NCBI GenBank assembly: GCA_049718765.1
Contig: JBNARI010000001.1
Coordinates: 5,508 to 69,507, forward strand
Reading direction: 5' to 3'
Length of the DNA: 64,000 nucleotides
Source of the DNA: Bacillota bacterium
GTDB taxonomy: Bacteria; Bacillota; Sulfobacillia; DUMF01
Shown here: piece after piece, positions 29,985 through 37,827 of the stretch
Numbering within the stretch: the stretch's first letter is position 1
Layout of the letters: each line of letters opens with the position of its first letter
Position numbers and translations under genes: made by a program
The notes under the pieces: generated by a model
What the model saw: the letters and a program-made list of their open reading frames with translations, nothing else
Databases searched by the model: none
What the model was told of the DNA's origin: nothing

Positions 29985-31242
29985 GGCCGTACTCCTCCTG
30001 TTCCTTTACTAGGTCCACCAGCACTTCGAGTAAGTTGCTGTCGAACTGCAGGCCACAATTGCGCTTGAGCTCCGCCAGAGCCTCCTGGGATGACATCCCC
30101 TTACGGTAGGGCCTGTCCGTCCTCAGGGCAACGTAGCACTCCGCGATTGCAATGATTCGGGCGCCTAGGGGGATTTGGTCGCCCCTGAGTTGGTCTGGGT
30201 ATCCCTTCCCATCCCACCTTTCGTGGTGATGGCGCACCAACGTGGCAGCTTCCTTGAGGGCCTCTACTTTTGCAGCAATGGCAGCTCCCACTTCAGGGTG
30301 GGATGCCACCACACTGAACTCCTCCAGCTTAAGAGGGGTTGGCCTGCTTGTTAGCTCCTCTGGAATGCCCACGAATCCGAGGTCATGCAGAAGTCCACCG
30401 TAGTATACCGACCTTACGTAGGACCTAGGTAGCAACAGCTTGTCCGCTATCCCTGCAGCAAGGCAAGCCACCCAAAGGCCATGCTCGTAGGAGTATTCCT
30501 GCTTGCGGGATATAAGGGGCACCAGGGTGGACAGGGTGCTTGAGAACACCTCTTGCATCCGGCAGGAAAGCGCCGAAGCGTAAACCGCAAGCCCAGTGAT
30601 GACCGCAAGCACTGGAATCCAGAGGGACATGCTTGCTTTGCTGGCTAAGAACATGCTGCCAAGGAGAAACGCCACCAAGGCGATCACTGGCAGCTGGGGC
30701 ACAAATTGCCTGAGTTCCCTGCGCCAAGCGGCCAAAAGGCTTACTTTGAGGCGCACAGCTTCAACCTGGGACGGCAGCAGGGTGTAAGCAACCACGAGCA
30801 CCGCCCCTGCAGCAGCGCCGCGAAGCATGGTGGGTGCTTGCTGCGCCGTGAGTACAGACTCGACCAACTTGGCGGCAAAGACAGACAGCACCGAAGTGGA
30901 AGTGGGCAGGAGACAGCGCCTGATGCCCCTGGGCAAGCAACTTAGGGTGCCAGCCACGAAAGCCGCAACGCTAGCACAGGCTGTGTCCAGCACGAAAACT
31001 GACGCAGCCAGCGCAGCAACGCCCAAGGACGAGTTAACCAATAGGCGTGACAATTCTAAGGGGGTCACCGAGGCCATGGTCTCTATTAGAGTGAACATAA
31101 TTAGAGAAGGAACATGGCTAGCCCGGATGTGGGCCACACTGAGACCGGTCACTGTGAGGGCGGTAACAGACAGGGCAAGTGCACAGCGCTTGTGAGCGCG
31201 CCGTATGCAGCTAAACTTTGGATTGATCAGCCTCGTTATCAC
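29833..31242 (-). CDS. Membrane-anchored HD-GYP domain protein (putative c-di-GMP phosphodiesterase), paralogue 1
   Basis: Multi-TM N-terminus. LHDLG, HHHERWDGKGYP, IPLGARIIAIAECYVALRTDRPYR. The last ~50 codons overlap the next gene. Confidence 0.85.
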   Translation of the reverse strand: MITRLINPKFSCIRRAHKRCALALSVTALTVTGLSVAHIRASHVPSLIMFTLIETMASVTPLELSRLLVNSSLGVAALAASVFVLDTACASVAAFVAGTLSCLPRGIRRCLLPTSTSVLSVFAAKLVESVLTAQQAPTMLRGAAAGAVLVVAYTLLPSQVEAVRLKVSLLAAWRRELRQFVPQLPVIALVAFLLGSMFLASKASMSLWIPVLAVITGLAVYASALSCRMQEVFSSTLSTLVPLISRKQEYSYEHGLWVACLAAGIADKLLLPRSYVRSVYYGGLLHDLGFVGIPEELTSRPTPLKLEEFSVVASHPEVGAAIAAKVEALKEAATLVRHHHERWDGKGYPDQLRGDQIPLGARIIAIAECYVALRTDRPYRKGMSSQEALAELKRNCGLQFDSNLLEVLVDLVKEQEEYGLGFLLNTYCFDFCGSNQRWQAESPGKLVNKALVGAGNCSGPSSGPPLSCR

Positions 31243-32488
31243 CTGGCTCGAGTTCCTTCCAACAAGAGATCATCACCTTTACGACTTCGGGGTCGAACTG
31301 AGTGCCGGCGCACCTCTGGAGCTCCTCGATGGCCCTGCTCGTGGGCAACGGGCTCTTGTAAGGCCTTTCGGAGATCATGGCGTCGAACGCGTCCGCCACC
31401 GAGATGATCCTTGCTCCCAGGGGGATCTGGTTTCCCTTCAGCCCTTCGGGGAACCCCGTTCCATTGTACCATTCGTGATGGTAGCGCACCCAGCTTGCCG
31501 CATTGCCAAGCATCTTTATTCCAGTGATGATGTCTGCCCCCAGGGTAGGGTGGGCTTTCATCTCTATGTATTCATTGATAGTGTATATCCCCGGCTTTTT
31601 CAACACTGCATCCCTTATTGCCACCTTACCTATATCATGTAAAAGCCCTATGTACTCCAGGAGCTCTATTTCCTGTTCTGGAAGCCGAAGTGCTCTGCCA
31701 ACGGCCGCTGACAGCCGCGCTACCCTCTCTGAATGGCCACGGGTGCACGGGTCCTTGGCGTCCAGGGCACGGACTAGGGCACGGATTGTCTCCAGGAAAA
31801 CCTGCCTGAGCTCAATGTACCGGCCGAAGGATTGCCTGGCAGCGAGGAGGGGAAGGAAGAACAGGGCAATGCTTACGGGACCCGAATTGACCAGCACTCC
31901 CGACATGATTGCTGCCAGGGGTACCAGGGCCAGCAGGCTGGGGATGCTCCACATGAAGTTCGTGCGCCACAAAGTGCGGAAGGACACCCCACGTTGCAGC
32001 GACAACGCGGTCATTACCAGTCCGGCGTTTACCAGAGTGTAGGTGAGCGCGCATGCTACAAGAGGAATTACGCCGCGCTGGAGGTTTAGCGAGCCAGGTA
32101 CGCCGCCAAGCCATTGGAAGATGCTGCCTGCTATTGCAGTAGAGATAGTAAACGCGGCCCTGTTGAAAAGGAAGTACTGTCGTGGGACACTTGGGGCAAG
32201 CTCTCTCGCAGAAATCGTTGCCAAACAAGCAAGCCAGGTGGCCTTAGACGGACCATACACCATTGCGGTGGTGTAAATGAGCGGCGAGCTCACTGATACC
32301 GAGCCCCCGCCTCTGGGCAGTGGCACTGCCAAGTGTTCGCTTACAAATATGAGTAACCCCATTACAGTAAGTCCCTGCAGGTCTTTGGGGCTCATTGGGA
32401 AAGGATCAAACACGAGAAAAAGAATCCCGCCAGCCGCTATGCACGCGCTAACGTAGATCTGGAGCTTGCGTTTGGACCCGCGCACCAA
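31211..32488 (-). CDS. Membrane-anchored HD-GYP domain protein (putative c-di-GMP phosphodiesterase), paralogue 2
   Basis: Multi-TM N-terminus. LHDIGK, HHEWYNGTGFP (GYP replaced by GFP), IPLGARIISVADAFDAMISERPYK. Start is TTG 32488 or GTG 32485, after GGAGG. Confidence 0.88.
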   Translation of the reverse strand: MVRGSKRKLQIYVSACIAAGGILFLVFDPFPMSPKDLQGLTVMGLLIFVSEHLAVPLPRGGGSVSVSSPLIYTTAMVYGPSKATWLACLATISARELAPSVPRQYFLFNRAAFTISTAIAGSIFQWLGGVPGSLNLQRGVIPLVACALTYTLVNAGLVMTALSLQRGVSFRTLWRTNFMWSIPSLLALVPLAAIMSGVLVNSGPVSIALFFLPLLAARQSFGRYIELRQVFLETIRALVRALDAKDPCTRGHSERVARLSAAVGRALRLPEQEIELLEYIGLLHDIGKVAIRDAVLKKPGIYTINEYIEMKAHPTLGADIITGIKMLGNAASWVRYHHEWYNGTGFPEGLKGNQIPLGARIISVADAFDAMISERPYKSPLPTSRAIEELQRCAGTQFDPEVVKVMISCWKELEPGDNEADQSKV

Positions 32489-32712
32489 GGTTTCCTCCGC
32501 ATTTTAAAGGCCGGCAGCCGGCCCGTTACGGGAGCCACTTAAACGAGGAGCCGCCTGCAAGGATAAGCGCTGCAAGCGTCAAGAGAGCCTTAAGAATCTT
32601 CCTCATTTTGAACTACCCCTTCATGAGTTCTGGGCGCGCTCCGCTATGATACGCCTCGGGAACTCCGCTTCAGTAGTAGTAATGGCTGCCGGCCACGCTT
32701 TTGGCAATTATT

Positions 32713-33351
32713 CTACCTGATTATTCCTTCGACGGTACGATTAATCGCGTTAAGAGCTGCTCTCACACCGGCTACGGCGATTTCTGGCTCAGGTGAGTTG
32801 TTGAGCACACAGGTGCCGCTCACCACCTTTGCTATATCACTCGGCACTCTGATTTGGACCAACGCAACAAGAGCTGCCAAGTCGTACAAGGTCACTTTCC
32901 TCATCTCGATGAGGCTGAACCCCTTGATCCCAAGGAGCGACTCCACAGCCGTCAGAGCTGCCCGAGCTGCAGTAGCTGCCACAGCAAGCTCTTCAGTGCT
33001 CCCTTGACAGTTCGAACGTGCCGTCTTGCCGTGGAGAGAGAGGCTTACTTCCACTTCCGCGTGATTCCGGTGGAAGCTAGCTGTCACTTCCTCCAGTCGA
33101 ATTCTGGGTGTCAGCACGCATGCCTCCAGGGGCTCGTCAAGTTGCGCCACTGCTACCCTGGAGACGGTCGCCCCTCGGAGAAGGTCCTGAAGCACGGTGC
33201 GCACGTCCCGCTCAACCTGGGATACGGGCCGTGAGTGGCCGGCAAGTACGTACGCTTCGAAAGTGTTGTCGCCACTCGGAACCACTCTGGCCGCGACTAC
33301 ACCCTTTATTCTCTTGAGCAAAGCTTCGCACTTCTTGACTGTGGTATCCAA
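32713..33351 (-). CDS. Hypothetical protein, no family recognised
   Basis: 212 aa. TTG start 7 nt after GGGAAGGA. Own upstream spacer after the hpf terminator. Coding-like composition. Appears to be two or three alpha/beta modules. Confidence 0.6.
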   Translation of the reverse strand: MDTTVKKCEALLKRIKGVVAARVVPSGDNTFEAYVLAGHSRPVSQVERDVRTVLQDLLRGATVSRVAVAQLDEPLEACVLTPRIRLEEVTASFHRNHAEVEVSLSLHGKTARSNCQGSTEELAVAATAARAALTAVESLLGIKGFSLIEMRKVTLYDLAALVALVQIRVPSDIAKVVSGTCVLNNSPEPEIAVAGVRAALNAINRTVEGIIR

Positions 33352-33520
33352 CGCGCAGTCCTTCCCAGACAGTTATCATGTAGATTCGATCAATGGTTAC
33401 GCTTTTCCTCCATATCCTACAAAGCCCACAAACTTTCCTGCCAATGGGTGTAGCTGGATGAGGCCCGATGGAGCGCTGGAACTGAATTTGCCACGCCTGG
33501 CTTCTGTTGGCTGCTGCGCC

Positions 33521-33557
33521 TAAAACACCACAGACCCGAGATACTCCCGGGTCTGTG
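33521..33557 (-). terminator. Rho-independent terminator after hpf
   Basis: Minus strand reads CACAGACCCG-ggaguaucu-CGGGUCUGUG followed by GUGUUUUA. Confidence 0.8.
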
Positions 33558-33595
33558 AGGGTCACAACTGAGCAGCCAAAGGCCCATCTTGCCAC

Positions 33596-34105
33596 TTACT
33601 CGGGCTCGATCAACCCGTAGTTGCCGTCTTTCCTCCTGTAAAGCACCGAGATGGCTTCGGTTTCGGCGTTCTGGAAAATGAAGAAGTCGTGACCAAGGAG
33701 ATTCATTTGGAGAATGGCCTCGTCCACAGACATGGGTTTGAACGCGAACTTCTTGACCTTGACCACTTTGGGAGCTTCCTGCTCTTCGGCTGTTTGTGGT
33801 GTGAGATCCTGCGCCCGCGGTTTCCTGTTGAACCTGGCCTTGTACTTGTCGATTTGCCTTTCCAGTTTGTCTGTGACCAGGTCAATGGAAGAATACACGT
33901 CACCGGCGATTTCCTCGGCCCGGATCAACATGCCGTTCAACGGCAAGGTCACTTCGACCCTGTGCCTGCCCCTTTGCACGTTGAACTCCACCTGGGCTGT
34001 GAACTCCTGGTCTATCAGCCTATCCAGCTTGGAAAGCCTCTTTTCCAGGTAATCCCTCATGGCTTGGGTGATCTCCAGATCTTTACTCCGGACGTTTAGG
34101 CGCAC
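33596..34105 (-). CDS. hpf: Ribosome hibernation-promoting factor (long HPF)
   Basis: N-terminal YfiA/S30AE domain plus a C-terminal dimerisation domain (FIFQNAETEAISVLYRRKDGNYGLIEP). GTG start after GAAGGAG. Confidence 0.95.
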   Translation of the reverse strand: MRLNVRSKDLEITQAMRDYLEKRLSKLDRLIDQEFTAQVEFNVQRGRHRVEVTLPLNGMLIRAEEIAGDVYSSIDLVTDKLERQIDKYKARFNRKPRAQDLTPQTAEEQEAPKVVKVKKFAFKPMSVDEAILQMNLLGHDFFIFQNAETEAISVLYRRKDGNYGLIEPE

Positions 34106-34195
34106 GTCACACCACTCCTTCTGATGGAGGTCTCACACTTCGATTATATTATATCCCGTGGCCCAGGGGTTGCCGGCGCTTGGGGGCTGCAAGAA

Positions 34196-34225
34196 TTGAC
34201 ATCCTCCCAGTTACAGATGTATGAT
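34196..34225 (+). promoter_or_regulatory. Putative sigma-A promoter of metK
   Basis: TTGACA (34196-34201), 18-nt spacer, TATGAT (34220-34225). Confidence 0.55.
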
Positions 34226-34275
34226 AAAGCCGCCTCTTCCAAGGTGGGGGAGGTTTTGATGCTTTTGGCCAGGGG

Positions 34276-35448
34276 GTGGTGAGGTTGAGCAGGAGAAAGC
34301 TGTTCACTTCTGAGTCCGTCACCGAGGGGCACCCCGACAAGGTGGCCGACCAGATTTGCGATGCAATACTCGACGCCATCCTCGAGAAAGATCCCGTAGC
34401 ACGTGTAGCGTGTGAATGCACCGTGAAGACAGGCCTTGTGCTCATAACCGGAGAAATCACCACCGAGTGCTACGTGGACATGCCTCGAATTGCCCGGGAA
34501 ACCCTGCGCGAGATTGGGTATACCAGGGCTAAGTATGGCTTCGACTGCGACACTTGCGCGGTGCTCACTGCCATAGAGGAACAGTCGCCCGACATTGCTC
34601 AGGGCGTTAACGAGGCATTGGAAGTCAGGGCAACGGGTGGAGAAGAGAAAGTGCTTGGCGCTGGAGACCAGGGGCTGATGTTTGGCTTTGCATGCAAGGA
34701 AACGCCTACCCTAATGCCCATGCCCATATACCTGGCCCATGGATTGGCTCGCCGACTTGCTCAGGTAAGAAAGTCAGGGGAGTTGCCCTACTTGCGGCCA
34801 GACGGCAAGACCCAAGTCACCGTGGAATACGAAGACGACGTTCCAGTCCGGGTGGATGCGGTAGTTGTGTCTGCCCAGCATGCGCCAGATGTGGATCAAA
34901 AGCAAATACGTGACGACATAATCGAGCATGTGGTCAGCAAGGTAATTCCCAATCACCTCCTGGACGAAAGGACCAGGTATTTCGTTAACCCCACCGGAAG
35001 GTTCGTTATCGGTGGACCCCAGGGAGATTCTGGCCTGAGCGGCAGGAAGATCATCGTGGACACGTACGGCGGCTACGCCAGGCATGGGGGCGGTTCTTTC
35101 TCTGGGAAGGACCCAACCAAAGTGGACAGGTCTGGTACGTACGCTGCAAGGTACGTGGCAAAGAACATAGTTGCCAGCGGGCTTGCGTCCAGATGCGAGG
35201 TTCAAGTGGCCTACATCATTGGGGTGGCCAACCCAGTGTCCATCATGGTGGACACCTTTGGCACCGGCGTGATCCCGGACCAGGAGATCGAGCGCCTTGT
35301 GATGTCTAACTTTGATTTCCGTCCAGGTGCAATAATTGAGAGATTCAACTTGAGGCGCCCCATGTATAGGCAAGTTGCGGTGTACGGTCACTTCGGCCGG
35401 GACGATCTGGACCTTCCTTGGGAGAAGACGGACCTTAAACTTGGCTGA
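34276..35448 (+). CDS. metK: S-adenosylmethionine synthase
   Basis: [20 protein letters not shown], and GGGSFSGKD in place of the usual GGGAFSGKD. GTG 34276 or TTG 34285 as start. Confidence 0.97.
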   Translation: MVRLSRRKLFTSESVTEGHPDKVADQICDAILDAILEKDPVARVACECTVKTGLVLITGEITTECYVDMPRIARETLREIGYTRAKYGFDCDTCAVLTAIEEQSPDIAQGVNEALEVRATGGEEKVLGAGDQGLMFGFACKETPTLMPMPIYLAHGLARRLAQVRKSGELPYLRPDGKTQVTVEYEDDVPVRVDAVVVSAQHAPDVDQKQIRDDIIEHVVSKVIPNHLLDERTRYFVNPTGRFVIGGPQGDSGLSGRKIIVDTYGGYARHGGGSFSGKDPTKVDRSGTYAARYVAKNIVASGLASRCEVQVAYIIGVANPVSIMVDTFGTGVIPDQEIERLVMSNFDFRPGAIIERFNLRRPMYRQVAVYGHFGRDDLDLPWEKTDLKLG

Positions 35449-35499
35449 GGCTGTGGCGGCCGTTCTTGTGCTCTCATAACATGGTCTCGGGGGCTAACC

Positions 35500-35973
35500 T
35501 TGCTGGTGCGCGACTTCGTGGTGTATTGTCTGGCTGCCTACGGTCTGCTGCTGGTGTTCACCATGCTCCTCGATGCGGCCAAGGTGGTACGCAGGTACCC
35601 GATTGCAGTGGGCAATAGGAAAGTGCTCTTGGTGTTGTACGTGAGGAACGCGAGCGGCTGGATCGAGGGGAGCATGCGGAGCCTCTTGAGATGCGCTGAC
35701 TACTGGGGAGTTCCACTAGAGGTCAGCGTTGTGGACGTTGGCTCCAGGGATGAGACTGTCGAGATAGTGAAGAAGCTTGCCAGAACTTGCCAGGTTGTCA
35801 AGGTTAGCCAATGTTTGCTGCCAGAAGAGCTGAAACAGCGCAACGGTAGCCCGGTGATAGTTTGCGATTTGACCGGGCAGAGGGCAAGCAACTCAGGGCT
35901 ACAGGAATTTCTGGACGAACTTCTGAGCCAGCTGTGCGTGCTTAGTTGTGTTAGCGTTGAACGGTTTAGCTGA
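35500..35973 (+). CDS. Hypothetical membrane-anchored protein (weak GT2-like N-terminal signature)
   Basis: 157 aa. TM segment, then LLVLYVRNASGWIEGSMRSLL..VSVVDVGSRDETVEIVKKLAR, reminiscent of a truncated family-2 glycosyltransferase fold. Confidence 0.45.
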   Translation: MLVRDFVVYCLAAYGLLLVFTMLLDAAKVVRRYPIAVGNRKVLLVLYVRNASGWIEGSMRSLLRCADYWGVPLEVSVVDVGSRDETVEIVKKLARTCQVVKVSQCLLPEELKQRNGSPVIVCDLTGQRASNSGLQEFLDELLSQLCVLSCVSVERFS

Positions 35974-36010
35974 CCACAGTGCGTCGTCAGCTAAAGCTGT
36001 TTGGTTTCCC
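35965..36010 (+). terminator. Hairpin/terminator overlapping the stop codon of the preceding gene
   Basis: TTTAGCTGAC (35965-74) pairs perfectly with GTCAGCTAAA (35986-95), then GCTGTTTGGTTT. Confidence 0.55.
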
Positions 36011-36169
36011 CGCGTTGGTGTTAACGGTGAAGTGGCGGTTCTTCTTTTGTGTGCGCACCCTCTACAGGTTCGTGGTTTAGGCGGTTGTCTAGGGGTACAT
36101 GGCGTTCCCCATGGAACAAGGAGCCTCCGTGGTGTGTTATACCTCTCGTGAAGTGCAAATGATAGGGTC

Positions 36170-37000
36170 ATGAGGGCATCATCCTTGATAAGAGTTGCTT
36201 GGGAGGACAAGCCGCTGAGGAAGGCGCTGATAACAGTAACTGGCAGCTTAGTGGAATTGTTCTTCCCCCTTCCCGAAGGGTGTGCCTTTTGCGGTAAAGA
36301 GCTCCCTGGCTGGCAGCACTTGCGTGTTTGCAGGGAGTGCCTCCAGGCGATTGGGGACGGTTACAGGTGGATTTGTTTCATGTGTGGCAGACCTTTGATT
36401 GGTACGGCTGCGCTTGAAGAAGGGGTGTCGATTTGCACTGATTGTCACTCTGGTGCCAGGGCTTTCGACTTAGCACGCGCTGCTGGTCGCTACAGCACGC
36501 CATTGAGCGACACTATCCATTACTTCAAGTCCCGACCGGAGCTGTGTTTGGCCGGGACCCTTGGCACACTCATGGGCTTTAGGCTGGAAGAACTGGCCTG
36601 CTTAAGCGGGGGGTTTCCCGACTTGGTGGTACCTGTTCCAATGGATCTGACCAGGCTCAGAGGACAGGGGTTCAATCATTCTCGTTGTCTTGCCCAGGTG
36701 CTGGCAAGACAGTTCGAATTGCCCCTTCGGGAGGTCCTGCAAAAACGGGAACAGACCCCTCCACCGAAGGGGGCAACTAGGAGCGAGAGGTTTGCCAGGT
36801 TGAAAGATGCCTTCAGGGTAAGACATCGGTCGATCGTCAGGAACAAGCACGTGCTGCTAGTGGACGATGTTATGATCACTGGTAGTACTGCGGAAGCGTG
36901 TGCTACGGTGCTAAAGCAAGAGGGTGCCCGCAGAGTGGACGTTTTGGTAGCCGCTTCGGTGCCAGCAATTCCCGCACGGCAAACGCTAAATTGGGTTTAA
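36170..37000 (+). CDS. comFC: ComF family protein (ComFC-like, PRTase fold)
   Basis: Two CxxC pairs at the N-terminus (CAFCG..CRECL, CFMCG..CTDCH). C-terminal PRPP-type loop VLLVDDVMITGST. Confidence 0.85.
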   Translation: MRASSLIRVAWEDKPLRKALITVTGSLVELFFPLPEGCAFCGKELPGWQHLRVCRECLQAIGDGYRWICFMCGRPLIGTAALEEGVSICTDCHSGARAFDLARAAGRYSTPLSDTIHYFKSRPELCLAGTLGTLMGFRLEELACLSGGFPDLVVPVPMDLTRLRGQGFNHSRCLAQVLARQFELPLREVLQKREQTPPPKGATRSERFARLKDAFRVRHRSIVRNKHVLLVDDVMITGSTAEACATVLKQEGARRVDVLVAASVPAIPARQTLNWV

Positions 37001-37024
37001 CTTTAAACCTCACTGCTTCGATAA
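36998..37024 (+). promoter_or_regulatory. Possible sigma-28 (SigD-type) promoter for flgM-flgN-flgK-flgL
   Basis: TAAC-N15-TTCGATAA, versus my recollection of the consensus TAAA-N15-GCCGATAT. Shares TCGATAA with the flagellin promoter. Confidence 0.35.
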
Positions 37025-37063
37025 TTACACTAGGTGGTGGGACCTTGGAGGGGTGATTGCCCG

Positions 37064-37402
37064 GTGAAGATATCTCGAGATCAAATGAGCAGGGTAGTGA
37101 GTTCCACCGGCGCTACTCCAATGGAAAGGGCAGAAAAGCCCAGGCATTGTAGCTCCGTGCAGGCATCAGCTCGAAGCTCTGCCGAGAAGCTGGACACAGT
37201 TAGGCTGTATACCCAAACTGAGGAGTTCCGAAAGGCAGTGGAAGCGGTAAAGAGGGCTCCAGAGGTGCGCCAGGACAAGGTTGAAGAACTACGAAAGGCG
37301 ATTGTCTCTGGCACTTACCAGGTGGACTCCATGGCCGTGGCTGAGAAGATGCTTTGCAGGATATTTGTTGATTACATGCTGGGTTCGGGGATGAAAAAGT
37401 GA
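37064..37402 (+). CDS. flgM: Anti-sigma-28 factor FlgM
   Basis: GTG 37064 follows GGAGGGG. C-terminal VRQDKVEELRKAIVSGTYQVDSMAVAEKM is the FlgM signature. Confidence 0.8.
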   Translation: MKISRDQMSRVVSSTGATPMERAEKPRHCSSVQASARSSAEKLDTVRLYTQTEEFRKAVEAVKRAPEVRQDKVEELRKAIVSGTYQVDSMAVAEKMLCRIFVDYMLGSGMKK

Positions 37403-37809
37403 TGGAAGCGCAATGGGTGGAGCTGCAGGACTACGTCGACCGCCTGGAGCAGTTTGCCAGTCAGGTTCGCTCCTTGGCTCAGGAGAAAAGGCAAGCGCTT
37501 ACCAACGCAGATACTGCTGCCCTCGAGGAGATCATGATCCGGGAAGAAAAGCTATTGCCCCTTGGACTGCACCTCAAGGACGTACCTCCTCTTGTAGTGG
37601 AAAAGGGCCTCACGGGAGCGTGCGCTGAAGCACCCCTAGAGATCAGGGAACAAGTCACCGCGGCGTGCAACAGGATCGGGTTATACCTTGGAGAAGCCAG
37701 GGAGATAAACCGCAGAAACATGATGTTCCTCAAAAAGGCCCTTGAATACGTTGGGTTTATGATAAAGTGCAGCACTACTGGGCCGTCATACCAGCCTCCC
37801 GCCAGATGA
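37399..37809 (+). CDS. flgN: FlgN-family flagellar chaperone
   Basis: 136 aa helical protein between flgM and flgK. GTGA overlap with flgM. Confidence 0.65.
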   Translation: MMEAQWVELQDYVDRLEQFASQVRSLAQEKRQALTNADTAALEEIMIREEKLLPLGLHLKDVPPLVVEKGLTGACAEAPLEIREQVTAACNRIGLYLGEAREINRRNMMFLKKALEYVGFMIKCSTTGPSYQPPAR

Positions 37810-37827
37810 CGTTGGAGGAGTGTTAAC

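Noticed and set aside
34106-34275. Looked for a SAM-I (S-box) or other SAM riboswitch upstream of metK.
   Set aside because: None of the conserved S-box core elements I remember is present, and the predicted promoter leaves only about 45 nt of leader. Reported instead as an absence plus a 5' hairpin.
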